Source: an uncultured Muribaculaceae bacterium
Lineage (GTDB): Bacteria > Bacillota_I > Bacilli_A > RF39 > UBA660
Direction of reading: 5' to 3'
Length of the DNA: 46,654 nt
NCBI GenBank assembly: GCA_964435635.1
Contig: CAYSZU010000002.1
Location: forward strand, 10,262-56,915
Positions 18,371 through 26,053 of the stretch are shown here, one piece after another. The notes beneath the pieces were generated by a model. It made no database searches. It worked only from the letters and a program-made list of their open reading frames with translations, and had not been told where the DNA came from. The stretch's first letter is position 1, and every line of letters starts with the position of its first letter. Position numbers and translations under genes: made by a program.

Positions 18371-19078
18371 CTAGTTATTACCTGGATAATAAAAGCGACT
18401 AATATAAGCAAGGGTAAATAGCATTGTTGCAAATTGACTAGTCTTGCTAAGTTTTATCTTACTAATTAAAACTCGTCCTTCACCAGAAAATGAAATTTTA
18501 GAAACAATCTCTCGCCACTCTTTTGCAAAACGCAGTTCAATTTTAGTATAATCGTCATTAACCGAAATTACTATCGGCTCATTTTGAAAAGCAAGTTTGA
18601 TTTTGCCCATAAATTTTTCGATAATAACTTTTACCTTAGTATCTTTAAACTTGGTAAAATAATTGTTTCTGATTTTGAAGAGATAGCCAGTTTTTTGCTT
18701 ATTTAAATCAAGGATTGTGTACCTTTGAAAAACATTTCCTTTCATCCGAACTCTATATAGCAGATTATCTTGATCATCAGTAATAAATAGCATTATATAA
18801 GTATACCCAATGTAAGTAAATATTTTAATATTTTGAAGTTTATCAACTTCTTTTTGTTGTTGCTTATCAGTTTTAATTGATAGTTTGTTAATTATTTTGT
18901 TTTCCATGCAATTAATAATGTAATCAACTAATTTATAGTAAAGTAAATAACTTACAATTATCAAGAGAATAATTATTATGGTCTCAATTAGATTATTATT
19001 AATTAAACTAGTTAAAACTGTTAATAAATAAATTATAAATAAATAACCAAGATTAAATAATGCCATCATAATTATCAC
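18371..19078 (-). CDS. Membrane protein, unknown function (two N-terminal TM helices plus a soluble C-terminal domain)
   Basis: 235 aa with N-terminal hydrophobic helices (FNLGYLFIIYLLTVLTSLI, IIIILLIIVSYLLYY). It is the first gene before the ABC pair. Confidence 0.55.
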   Translation of the reverse strand: MIIMMALFNLGYLFIIYLLTVLTSLINNNLIETIIIILLIIVSYLLYYKLVDYIINCMENKIINKLSIKTDKQQQKEVDKLQNIKIFTYIGYTYIMLFITDDQDNLLYRVRMKGNVFQRYTILDLNKQKTGYLFKIRNNYFTKFKDTKVKVIIEKFMGKIKLAFQNEPIVISVNDDYTKIELRFAKEWREIVSKISFSGEGRVLISKIKLSKTSQFATMLFTLAYISRFYYPGNN

Positions 19079-19095
19079 TCCTTATTTTTATTAAT

Positions 19096-19539
19096 CTATC
19101 TTCCTTTTACTATCTTCTTGTCTATTTCAGCAATTTTAATAACTACCGCCAGACAATTATCTTGATTAACTTCTTGGTACCCAAGTTCTTTTAAGGCCCG
19201 CTCTTTTATCACATCGGAAGAAAAGGTTTTTTCCAAAAATAACTTTTGTTGAAATCCGCCTCTTTTTTTTCTTTTTGCTTCGGCTAAAGCGATAATGTCA
19301 GCTAATGATTTACCATTTAATAATGCTAATGCTTGAATAACTTCAATGACATCAGCTAATTCTTCGGCTTTTTCAGCGGCATCTGCAGCCACAACTTCTT
19401 GAGTCTCTTCAAACAACTTTTTTTCTAATTCTTTTTGATATTCTTCGTCATCTAATTGCCGAATAATAGGAATTTTATTATTACCTAAAATAATTTCGGG
19501 AATTCGATCTCTAACTAATTTCTGGTGAATTTTTTCCAT
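19096..19539 (-). CDS. MazG-like all-alpha nucleoside triphosphate pyrophosphohydrolase
   Basis: 147 aa with KLVRDRIPEII at the N-terminus and the acidic metal-binding helices LFEETQEV ... EELADVIEVIQAL. Confidence 0.65.
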   Translation of the reverse strand: MEKIHQKLVRDRIPEIILGNNKIPIIRQLDDEEYQKELEKKLFEETQEVVAADAAEKAEELADVIEVIQALALLNGKSLADIIALAEAKRKKRGGFQQKLFLEKTFSSDVIKERALKELGYQEVNQDNCLAVVIKIAEIDKKIVKGR

Positions 19540-19547
19540 AATACCTC

Positions 19548-20117
19548 CTAATTAATATATTTTAATATTTCTTCAAATCGGTCATATCCAGCTTCTTTAT
19601 TCAAATGGCCACCTTGAGAAATTACTTTAATTGTTGTACCAACCTCAGTTGCAAAACTCGCTTCCGTTTTAATATTTACATATGGATCATTATCAGTATA
19701 TAAACAAATAATATCATTACAATATTGCTTAATGTCAGCAATATTATCAAGATACATCGTTTTATTAACCGTATCATAATCATCGTTAATCCCTAAGTAA
19801 TTATTAAAGCCACAAACCAGAATTAATTTTTTTACTTTAATTTTTCTAGTAATTAGATATTTTATAATGAATATTGGACCAATACTATGAGCAATAAAAG
19901 TTGTGTTTTCATTGATTAAACCAAGATCATTATAATAATCTAATAGCTTTGACCAATTATTAAAGTTTTGATATTTTAAACCGGTTGGAAAAGCAGGAGC
20001 ATAGGTAGTTTTATTAGTTGAAGTTAGTTTTTCATACAGCCAACCAAACCAATTACTATATGGACTGCTAAAAGAACCATGAATAATAAAATAACTATCT
20101 TTCATTTTAGCCTCCAA
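19548..20117 (-). CDS. Alpha/beta serine hydrolase (YdeN/RBBP9-like)
   Basis: 189 aa with IIHGSFSSPYSNWFGWL, the nucleophile elbow AHSIGP, and late D and GGH elements. Confidence 0.6.
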   Translation of the reverse strand: MEAKMKDSYFIIHGSFSSPYSNWFGWLYEKLTSTNKTTYAPAFPTGLKYQNFNNWSKLLDYYNDLGLINENTTFIAHSIGPIFIIKYLITRKIKVKKLILVCGFNNYLGINDDYDTVNKTMYLDNIADIKQYCNDIICLYTDNDPYVNIKTEASFATEVGTTIKVISQGGHLNKEAGYDRFEEILKYIN

Positions 20118-20634
20118 CTATTTCTTTTACCTTTGTTATTAAAACTTCTTGCTGATCAATCTCAAAATATCCTTCTATTTTTCCTAATAAATCATTAGCT
20201 TTAAAAAAGAGTAAAGCCGGTAATTCTGTTATTTGATATTTAGTCATTATTTCATCAGTCGGCTGCAGATTAAAATAATTAACCTCTTGCTTAATATGAT
20301 CGGTTATTTCTTTAATAGGAATTGACTTTAATAAACATTGAATTGAATTATCTTCATACAATTCAATAATTGTTAAATTTTGATTACTTATCTTAGCAGC
20401 AAAGTCTTCACTTTCTAACATAAAGAATTCGGATAATGGTGCTGCACCATAACGATCAACAAATAAATCTTTAATAGTTCGAGGGTCATTTTCGATATCT
20501 TGTTCAAGTTCTCTAAACTCAGTTTCGTTTTTAGCAACCATAATACATCCAACTGGACATTCTGCTTCACACAGGCCACAACTTGTACAAGTATCTTTTA
20601 CTACTATTTTATTAAGTTCATCATCAAAGTACAT
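20107..20634 (-). CDS. Ferredoxin (4Fe-4S) domain fused to a thioredoxin-fold domain lacking CxxC
   Basis: CTSCGLCEAECP sits near the called N-terminus, and the C-terminal part ends in a thioredoxin-like ITELPALLFFKANDLLGKIEGY. A further Cys motif (CDNAKQCGGIAICP) lies in frame upstream of the called ATG, so the true start is probably upstream. Confidence 0.7.
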   Translation of the reverse strand: MYFDDELNKIVVKDTCTSCGLCEAECPVGCIMVAKNETEFRELEQDIENDPRTIKDLFVDRYGAAPLSEFFMLESEDFAAKISNQNLTIIELYEDNSIQCLLKSIPIKEITDHIKQEVNYFNLQPTDEIMTKYQITELPALLFFKANDLLGKIEGYFEIDQQEVLITKVKEIVGG

Positions 20635-20713
20635 TGCGTTAATAGGACAAATAGCGATTCCACCACACTGCTTTGCGTTATCACAGATCTTATAATTAAT
20701 TAACGCTTTTATT

Positions 20714-21871
20714 TTAAACCTTCTTTCTTAAAGTACTAACAATATTAATTATTTTTTTTAGCACATAATCAATTTCTTCTTGGGTATTATCTTTACTCAA
20801 ACTAATTCTAATTGGACTACTAGTTGTCAATTCAGCCTGGCAAGCAACTAGAACATGAGACGGTTGAGCATCGCTTGAGTTGCATGCTGAACCAGTTGAT
20901 ACATAGATGTTATTTGCTTCAAGCATCATTAATAGTTCGTCGCCTTTTACTCCGGCAAAAGCAATATTAGTTGTATTAGGAAGACGATTAGTTAAGTCAC
21001 CATAAATAATAACATCATTTATTTTGGCCTTTAATTCTTGTTCTAAATAATTTCGCATCTTTTCAAGTTGATAATTTCCTTGATAATCATCGTTGATAAT
21101 TAATTCAGCTGCGATTCCTAAAGCAACGATTGAAGCGACATTTTCTGTCCCTCCTCTTTTGCCTTGTTCTTGATGGCCACCAAAGATATATGGAATAAAT
21201 GGAGTTCCTTTTTTTATATAAAGCGCTCCTACTCCTTTTGGAGCGTGAATCTTATGACCAGATAAAGCTAGTGAATCAATCGCCATAGTTTGAACATCTA
21301 TTTTACTTTTACCAATTGCTTGAACAGCATCGACATGAAATAGGATCTTATTCTTCTTAGCAATCTCACCTATTTCAGTAATTGGATAAATATTCCCCAA
21401 TTCATTATTGGCAGCCATAATAGTAATTAATAAAGTGTCTGGTCTAATTGCTGCCTCTAATTCCCCTAAGTCAATTCTTCCTTGCTTATCGACCGCTAAA
21501 TAAGTGATTTCATAAGCCATAGTTTCTAAATGTTTCATTACTTCAAGAATTGAGGAATGTTCTACTTGGCTCGTAATTATATGTCTTTTAGCTGGATTAT
21601 TTCTAATTGCCGACATAATTGCGGTATTATTACTTTCAGTGGCACAACTAGTAAAAATTATCTCCTCTAGATTAGCATTTATTAGGGTTGCAATACTTTT
21701 TCGCGCTTTTTGTAAAGCGGTTTTTATCCCTTTACTAAAATCATATATACTACTCGGGTTGCCGTAAAAGTCTTGTAAATAAGGCATCATCCCTGTAATA
21801 ACCTCAGAAGCAATTTTAGTTGTTGCATTATTGTCAAAATATATTGGCTTATTAAACATATTATCACCCAT
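20714..21871 (-). CDS. nifS: Cysteine desulfurase, NifS/IscS class (PLP-dependent)
   Basis: 385 aa with PLP-lysine region LALSGHKIHAPKGVGALYIKKG and the active-site loop STGSACNS. Confidence 0.85.
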   Translation of the reverse strand: MGDNMFNKPIYFDNNATTKIASEVITGMMPYLQDFYGNPSSIYDFSKGIKTALQKARKSIATLINANLEEIIFTSCATESNNTAIMSAIRNNPAKRHIITSQVEHSSILEVMKHLETMAYEITYLAVDKQGRIDLGELEAAIRPDTLLITIMAANNELGNIYPITEIGEIAKKNKILFHVDAVQAIGKSKIDVQTMAIDSLALSGHKIHAPKGVGALYIKKGTPFIPYIFGGHQEQGKRGGTENVASIVALGIAAELIINDDYQGNYQLEKMRNYLEQELKAKINDVIIYGDLTNRLPNTTNIAFAGVKGDELLMMLEANNIYVSTGSACNSSDAQPSHVLVACQAELTTSSPIRISLSKDNTQEEIDYVLKKIINIVSTLRKKV

Positions 21872-21877
21872 ATTCTA

Positions 21878-23419
21878 TTATTTTTGCTTTTTATTTTCCT
21901 CTGTATCACTATTTAATTCCGGTTCTTTATTTATATCAAGCAGACCTAAAATGCTACGCCGAAAAGCGATTGCATAAGTTCGATCAGTAACACATATTTT
22001 ATGGCGATTAAGATAGTCAATAACAGCTAGTTTTTCTTCGCTTGTGATCAATCGACCTGAACCGTATATCGGTATTCCTTTTTCATCTTTTTTAGTATTA
22101 ACTTCATCCCAGTCAGCTAAAATCATTCTAATATCAGCATCACCTAGAAAGTATTGATAACGATACTTATCAAAAAATCTTTTTACAATCTTTAAATCAG
22201 CAGCCGATAATCGTTCCGAACAAATCGCAAAAAAATCTTCTAAGGACATTTTTGTTGCTAAATAATAATCGATTAGATCATAAGGTCTAGTTGTTTCTTC
22301 ATCAATAACAATCCCGCTTTTTATACCTTCAACAATTTTATTAAGTTTTCCTAAAACCGCTGCTTGTTTCTTTAGCCTTTGATTAGCAATTTTATCATTA
22401 TATATTTTAAATAACTGGGGATCATATTTTTCAATTTTTTTTAAATATTTTTCAAAAACATCAATCGTAATACCGTTATCCCAACAAAATTGTTCTTTAG
22501 TTGTATAATCTTCGGCAATTAACTTTTCAACAATGGCAATCGCCTCAGGTAATGTTTTTTTTGCCTCAGCGACAGCCCTTGCTTTTGTTGCAACACTTCT
22601 TTTGCTATTAACATAATCACTATAAATAGCAACCTTAGCTGTTAATTGTTCTTCTAGTTCCTTTTGAATTTCAGGTGAAGCATCTGCTTCAGCACTAGCA
22701 ACATAACTAGGAATTTTAATACTTAAATAATATGGCGAAGGATTTTCTGCCACTAAATAATCAATAATTTCTTGTTCGTTATTAAGCAAGGTTAATTTTT
22801 GAAAAATCGGGTCATATTTTGAAGCGTTACGATCAACGTTTTTTTCTTGTTGAGTGACAGCTTTAATACTCTTTATAATTTCAGCCTCTGATTTACCAAG
22901 ATATTTCTTGGCATATGAAATTGCATTTTTGCGAATTGTTTGGGATGTAACTCCTTGTTCACTAGCTAAAATAGCAATTTTTTTGAAATCCCACTTTATA
23001 TTCTGACAATATTCCCATAAATACTTATTTGCTTCCGCTTCTTTTTTTTCAGCAATTGCTGCTAATTCATCAATCTTCGCTTGATAAGACGCTTTTTCTT
23101 CTTCGGTAGCATATTTACTAACATAGGTAGCTGGATAACGTTTTACCGCAATAAATGAGATTCCTATTTCATCACCGTATTCTTCAAATTTTTTATTATC
23201 CCAACCATGTTTAATAAATATTTCAAAGGCGTTGCGATAGCGATCCTCAAATTCAGGGCGATGAATTTTACGATACTCAACAAAAGCCCTTTCAAAAGCA
23301 ATCTTCTCTTTTTCGGTTGCATATTTTTCATAATATAGTTTGGCATTTGTTATTTCAAAAGGTAAACAATGTTCTAAATTAATAATTTTGTTAAATGCTT
23401 CTAAACACAAATCTTGCAT
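21878..23419 (-). CDS. Helical protein with internal repeats, unknown function
   Basis: 513 aa. Repeated modules include YYEKYATEKEKIAFERAF, YVSKYATEEEKASYQAKI and YAKKYLGKSEAEIIKSI. It ends 6 nt before nifS (same operon). Confidence 0.6.
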   Translation of the reverse strand: MQDLCLEAFNKIINLEHCLPFEITNAKLYYEKYATEKEKIAFERAFVEYRKIHRPEFEDRYRNAFEIFIKHGWDNKKFEEYGDEIGISFIAVKRYPATYVSKYATEEEKASYQAKIDELAAIAEKKEAEANKYLWEYCQNIKWDFKKIAILASEQGVTSQTIRKNAISYAKKYLGKSEAEIIKSIKAVTQQEKNVDRNASKYDPIFQKLTLLNNEQEIIDYLVAENPSPYYLSIKIPSYVASAEADASPEIQKELEEQLTAKVAIYSDYVNSKRSVATKARAVAEAKKTLPEAIAIVEKLIAEDYTTKEQFCWDNGITIDVFEKYLKKIEKYDPQLFKIYNDKIANQRLKKQAAVLGKLNKIVEGIKSGIVIDEETTRPYDLIDYYLATKMSLEDFFAICSERLSAADLKIVKRFFDKYRYQYFLGDADIRMILADWDEVNTKKDEKGIPIYGSGRLITSEEKLAVIDYLNRHKICVTDRTYAIAFRRSILGLLDINKEPELNSDTEENKKQK

Positions 23420-23491
23420 AATATCACCCTCTTAATTGATTATATCATAAAACCCTGTTAAACAAACGGGTATTATTTAGCCTACCAAAAA

Positions 23492-24364
23492 CTATTTACT
23501 AAACAAAAATGGATTTACATGAATAATAGCTCGGTCAATTGCAATTACCTGTCTTTTAATTTGGGCAGCAATATCTAGAGTAATCTGATGACTATCATTT
23601 GTTGGCATATTACCATCAACATATATAGAAATAACAACAATAAACTTACTACCAATTGGAATTGTACTAATTTGGCCTACTTTGATAATCCTTTTATCTT
23701 TTTTGATAATCTGTTTAATTATTTTTTTTGATTTTTCATCAATTGAGACATCCATTAGGACATTATAACTTTGCATTAAAATTTGATAACCGGTATAAAA
23801 AATCCAAAGGGAAATACCGATTCCTGCTAAACCATCTAACCAATATAAACCCCAACTACTTAATAATATTGATATTAGGGTAATCGCGGCAACAAAGCAG
23901 TCATTCCGATGATCTTTTAAATTAGCCATAACTAAGATGCTTTGATTTATCTTATGTACTTTTCTGGCATATAAATATAACACAGATTTAATAATAATTG
24001 TAATAAGACAAACAACAATTAAGAACCAAGAAAAAATAATTTTTTGCTGATTAATAATTGAAGCTACTGAACTAACAACTATCTTATAAGCTAAAAACAT
24101 CATTGCGATACTAATAAATAAAGAAAATATATACTCAGCTTTTCCATGACCCATATTATGATTTTCATCGCTAGGTTCGTTAGATATTTTACCACCGATA
24201 TAAGTAAAAGTTGAAGCCAAAATATCACCAGCGCTATTAGCTGCATCAGCAATCATTGCTTGACTATGAGAAATTATACCGAAGAAGGCTTTTAAGCATA
24301 ATAAAAAAATATTGCTTACAATACCATATACTCCAACTTTTTTGATTGCTACATATCGATCCAT
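23492..24364 (-). CDS. Cation diffusion facilitator (CDF) family metal efflux transporter
   Basis: 290 aa with six TM helices, a TM2 DxxxD (IADAANSAGD), a TM5 HxxxD (HRND) and a C-terminal cytoplasmic domain. Confidence 0.85.
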   Translation of the reverse strand: MDRYVAIKKVGVYGIVSNIFLLCLKAFFGIISHSQAMIADAANSAGDILASTFTYIGGKISNEPSDENHNMGHGKAEYIFSLFISIAMMFLAYKIVVSSVASIINQQKIIFSWFLIVVCLITIIIKSVLYLYARKVHKINQSILVMANLKDHRNDCFVAAITLISILLSSWGLYWLDGLAGIGISLWIFYTGYQILMQSYNVLMDVSIDEKSKKIIKQIIKKDKRIIKVGQISTIPIGSKFIVVISIYVDGNMPTNDSHQITLDIAAQIKRQVIAIDRAIIHVNPFLFSK

Positions 24365-24388
24365 TTTTATCTTCTTCCTACACTATTT

Positions 24389-24417
24389 ATTATATTATAT
24401 ATGTTAATATTATTCAA
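24389..24417 (-). promoter_or_regulatory. Putative promoter of the CDF transporter gene
   Basis: On the minus strand: TTGAAT (24417-24412), a 17-nt spacer, then TATAAT (24394-24389). It is ~25 nt upstream of the ATG, with an AGGAAG SD. Confidence 0.4.
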
Positions 24418-24580
24418 TAAACGCCGAAATAATTATGCTATAATATTTGTAACGAGGTGGAAAAATAATTGATAACTAACATAACTATACAAAGTTATAT
24501 GAATCTAAAATAAGCTTGATTCGTTTTATGTTATCTGATGAAAAAAATTGATTTTCCAACTTTATTAATGGTTTTGGAAG

Positions 24581-24619
24581 AAAAAAGAGAAACTATTAGT
24601 TAAAATAGTTTCTCTTTTA
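24581..24619. terminator. Bidirectional terminator downstream of dfx
   Basis: AGAGAAACTATT - AGTTAA - AATAGTTTCTCT is a 12-bp stem (24587-24616) flanked by an A-run and a T-run. It starts right after the dfx stop. Confidence 0.6.
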
Positions 24620-24997
24620 TTGATTAAAAGTGCTTTTCCACAACCCATGAATATTACAATATTCATAGATTTCTATTTGTTTAGCTGTTGCTGGGATTAA
24701 GAATTGGGCACTTGGTGAATCACTTGGTTTTAAATCGTATCTAGCAGTTTGCCCTTCATATTTTATTATTATAGTTGAAATATAATGATCACTGCTCATT
24801 GGATGTTCTACGCTACCAACCTTTACTGTTAATAAATTATCATGATATGTTGCAACTGGCACATGTTTTTCTAAACCCAAATCAGTTTCTTTGGCCACTA
24901 AGTCTTCCATTGGTTCACCACAGCAGACTAACTCCCCACCCCCATTTTCAATTAGTTCTACCATATTGCCACAAATGTGGCATTTAAATATTTTCAT
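24617..24997 (-). CDS. dfx: Desulfoferrodoxin (2Fe superoxide reductase)
   Basis: 126 aa with an N-terminal desulforedoxin site (CHICGN ... VCCGEPM) and an SOR centre (EKHVPV, HPMSSDHYI, YCNIHGLW). Confidence 0.9.
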   Translation of the reverse strand: MKIFKCHICGNMVELIENGGGELVCCGEPMEDLVAKETDLGLEKHVPVATYHDNLLTVKVGSVEHPMSSDHYISTIIIKYEGQTARYDLKPSDSPSAQFLIPATAKQIEIYEYCNIHGLWKSTFNQ

Positions 24998-25473
24998 TAT
25001 TCGGTTCCTTTCTTATGGGTTAATACTAACCCAAAACTATTTTCTGCTTTTGGCAAAGCATTAATAATTGATTCGTCAAGAGCTTGGATCATTGCCTTTT
25101 CAAAAGGAGTAAACTCATGCTCCGCTGGTAAAAAAAGCTTATTTAATTTTAAATCCAATTTTAAATTGTTTTTTTCAAAAAAAGTTAAGTCTTGTAAAAA
25201 TTCCATACTATAACCTTGCCGGACTGACTCTTTAAAGTCATCTATCAATCCCGTCTTTTTTAGGCCGTTAATTATAATTAGCTTTCCGACTAGTTCAGAT
25301 AACCCGCGTCCTTTAGCAAGACCAATCATTGCCCAAATATTTATTCTTGGGGTTGAAGCTAATACTTCTTGCATATAATCCAAAGAAACATCACTTTGCG
25401 CTAAAGCAGCTACAAGCAAGTTCATTTCAGTAAGTTCTTCGGTAGTGAAAAAATCTTTTATAGTTTTATTCAT
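24997..25473 (-). CDS. Hypothetical protein co-transcribed with dfx; contains the left inverted repeat
   Basis: 158 aa with SD GGAGG 7 nt before the ATG and a TAATG overlap with dfx. Codons for QGYSMEF (25197-25218) are one arm of a perfect 22-bp inverted repeat. Confidence 0.6.
   Translation of the reverse strand: MNKTIKDFFTTEELTEMNLLVAALAQSDVSLDYMQEVLASTPRINIWAMIGLAKGRGLSELVGKLIIINGLKKTGLIDDFKESVRQGYSMEFLQDLTFFEKNNLKLDLKLNKLFLPAEHEFTPFEKAMIQALDESIINALPKAENSFGLVLTHKKGTE
25197..25218. repeat. Left arm of perfect 22-bp inverted repeat
   Basis: AAAATTCCATACTATAACCTTG is the exact reverse complement of 25777-25798. Confidence 0.9.
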
Positions 25474-25491
25474 ACCAATACCTCCAATTTA

Positions 25492-25520
25492 ATTTTAGAA
25501 TAGATATTTAGAAAATGCAA
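25492..25520 (-). promoter_or_regulatory. Putative promoter for ORF 24997..25473 and dfx (inside the IR-bounded segment)
   Basis: On the minus strand: TTGCAT (25520-25515), a 17-nt spacer, then TAAAAT (25497-25492). Confidence 0.45.
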
Positions 25521-25560
25521 TCTTTATTAACTACCATCTTTTTTAAGCCCCTATTTATTA

Positions 25561-25588
25561 TTGACAAACCCTTATAAAGTGCTAATAT
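25561..25588 (+). promoter_or_regulatory. Strong plus-strand promoter inside the IR-bounded segment
   Basis: TTGACA (25561-25566), a 16-nt spacer ending in TGc (extended -10), then TAATAT (25583-25588). It is divergent from the promoter at 25492-25520. Confidence 0.5.
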
Positions 25589-25605
25589 ATTCTTCAGGAA
25601 GTTTT

Positions 25606-25800
25606 ATGAAAAATACTGATAAAATGAAAGTTATTGTGACAGGTAATTTATGTAAAGATCGTTCAGGTTATTTGGACACATTTATTACCGAAGATGATAA
25701 AAGAAGAATATATGATTGGGCAGAAAGTCCAGGTGGTCCTGTTGCGACAGCAGCAGTAGTTGTTGCCGCCTTTAGTCAAGGTTATAGTATGGAATTTTAA
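25606..25800 (+). pseudogene. N-terminal fragment of a PfkB-family sugar/nucleoside kinase, ending at the right inverted repeat
   Basis: 64 codons: KVIVTGNLCKDRSGYLDTF...ESPGGPVATAAVVVAAFSQG. This matches the PfkB N-terminal beta-strand and the GG / (A)N-A-A-V-x-x-A-R-L-G region. The ORF stops immediately after QGYSMEF, far short of a ~300-aa kinase. Confidence 0.5.
25777..25798. repeat. Right arm of perfect 22-bp inverted repeat
   Basis: CAAGGTTATAGTATGGAATTTT is the exact reverse complement of 25197-25218. Confidence 0.9.
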
Positions 25801-25810
25801 CAACATAATT

Positions 25811-26053
25811 CTATTCCGTAATTTTGGGATCATAATTTTTGGCATCGATTAAATCTAGATAAATATTTTTGCTTGTTTCTTCATTAAATTGGAGATCATT
25901 TAAAATATTATAAGCGGTTTGAATATCCATTTTAAAAAAACAATTTGGTTCTTTTAATAATTTTTCAATTAGTAATTGTTTTTTTAAAAGACTAGGATTA
26001 TTTTGATACTTGCTGATTAGAGTTTTATTTATTGCCTGTAATTTATCAATCAT
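25811..26053 (-). CDS. Small hypothetical protein coupled to the 581-aa paralog
   Basis: 80 aa. A 4-nt ATGA overlap with ORF 26050..27795 indicates translational coupling. Confidence 0.5.
   Translation of the reverse strand: MIDKLQAINKTLISKYQNNPSLLKKQLLIEKLLKEPNCFFKMDIQTAYNILNDLQFNEETSKNIYLDLIDAKNYDPKITE

Noticed and set aside
20714-20730. A prfB-like +1 programmed frameshift at the end of nifS (AAG AAG GTT TAA A) producing a NifS-ferredoxin fusion.
   Set aside because: The SD-like GAAGG abuts the would-be shift codon instead of lying ~3 nt upstream. GTT to TTT re-pairing is poor. Independent initiation at a nearby rare start codon, using the same GAAGG as its SD, explains the data more simply.
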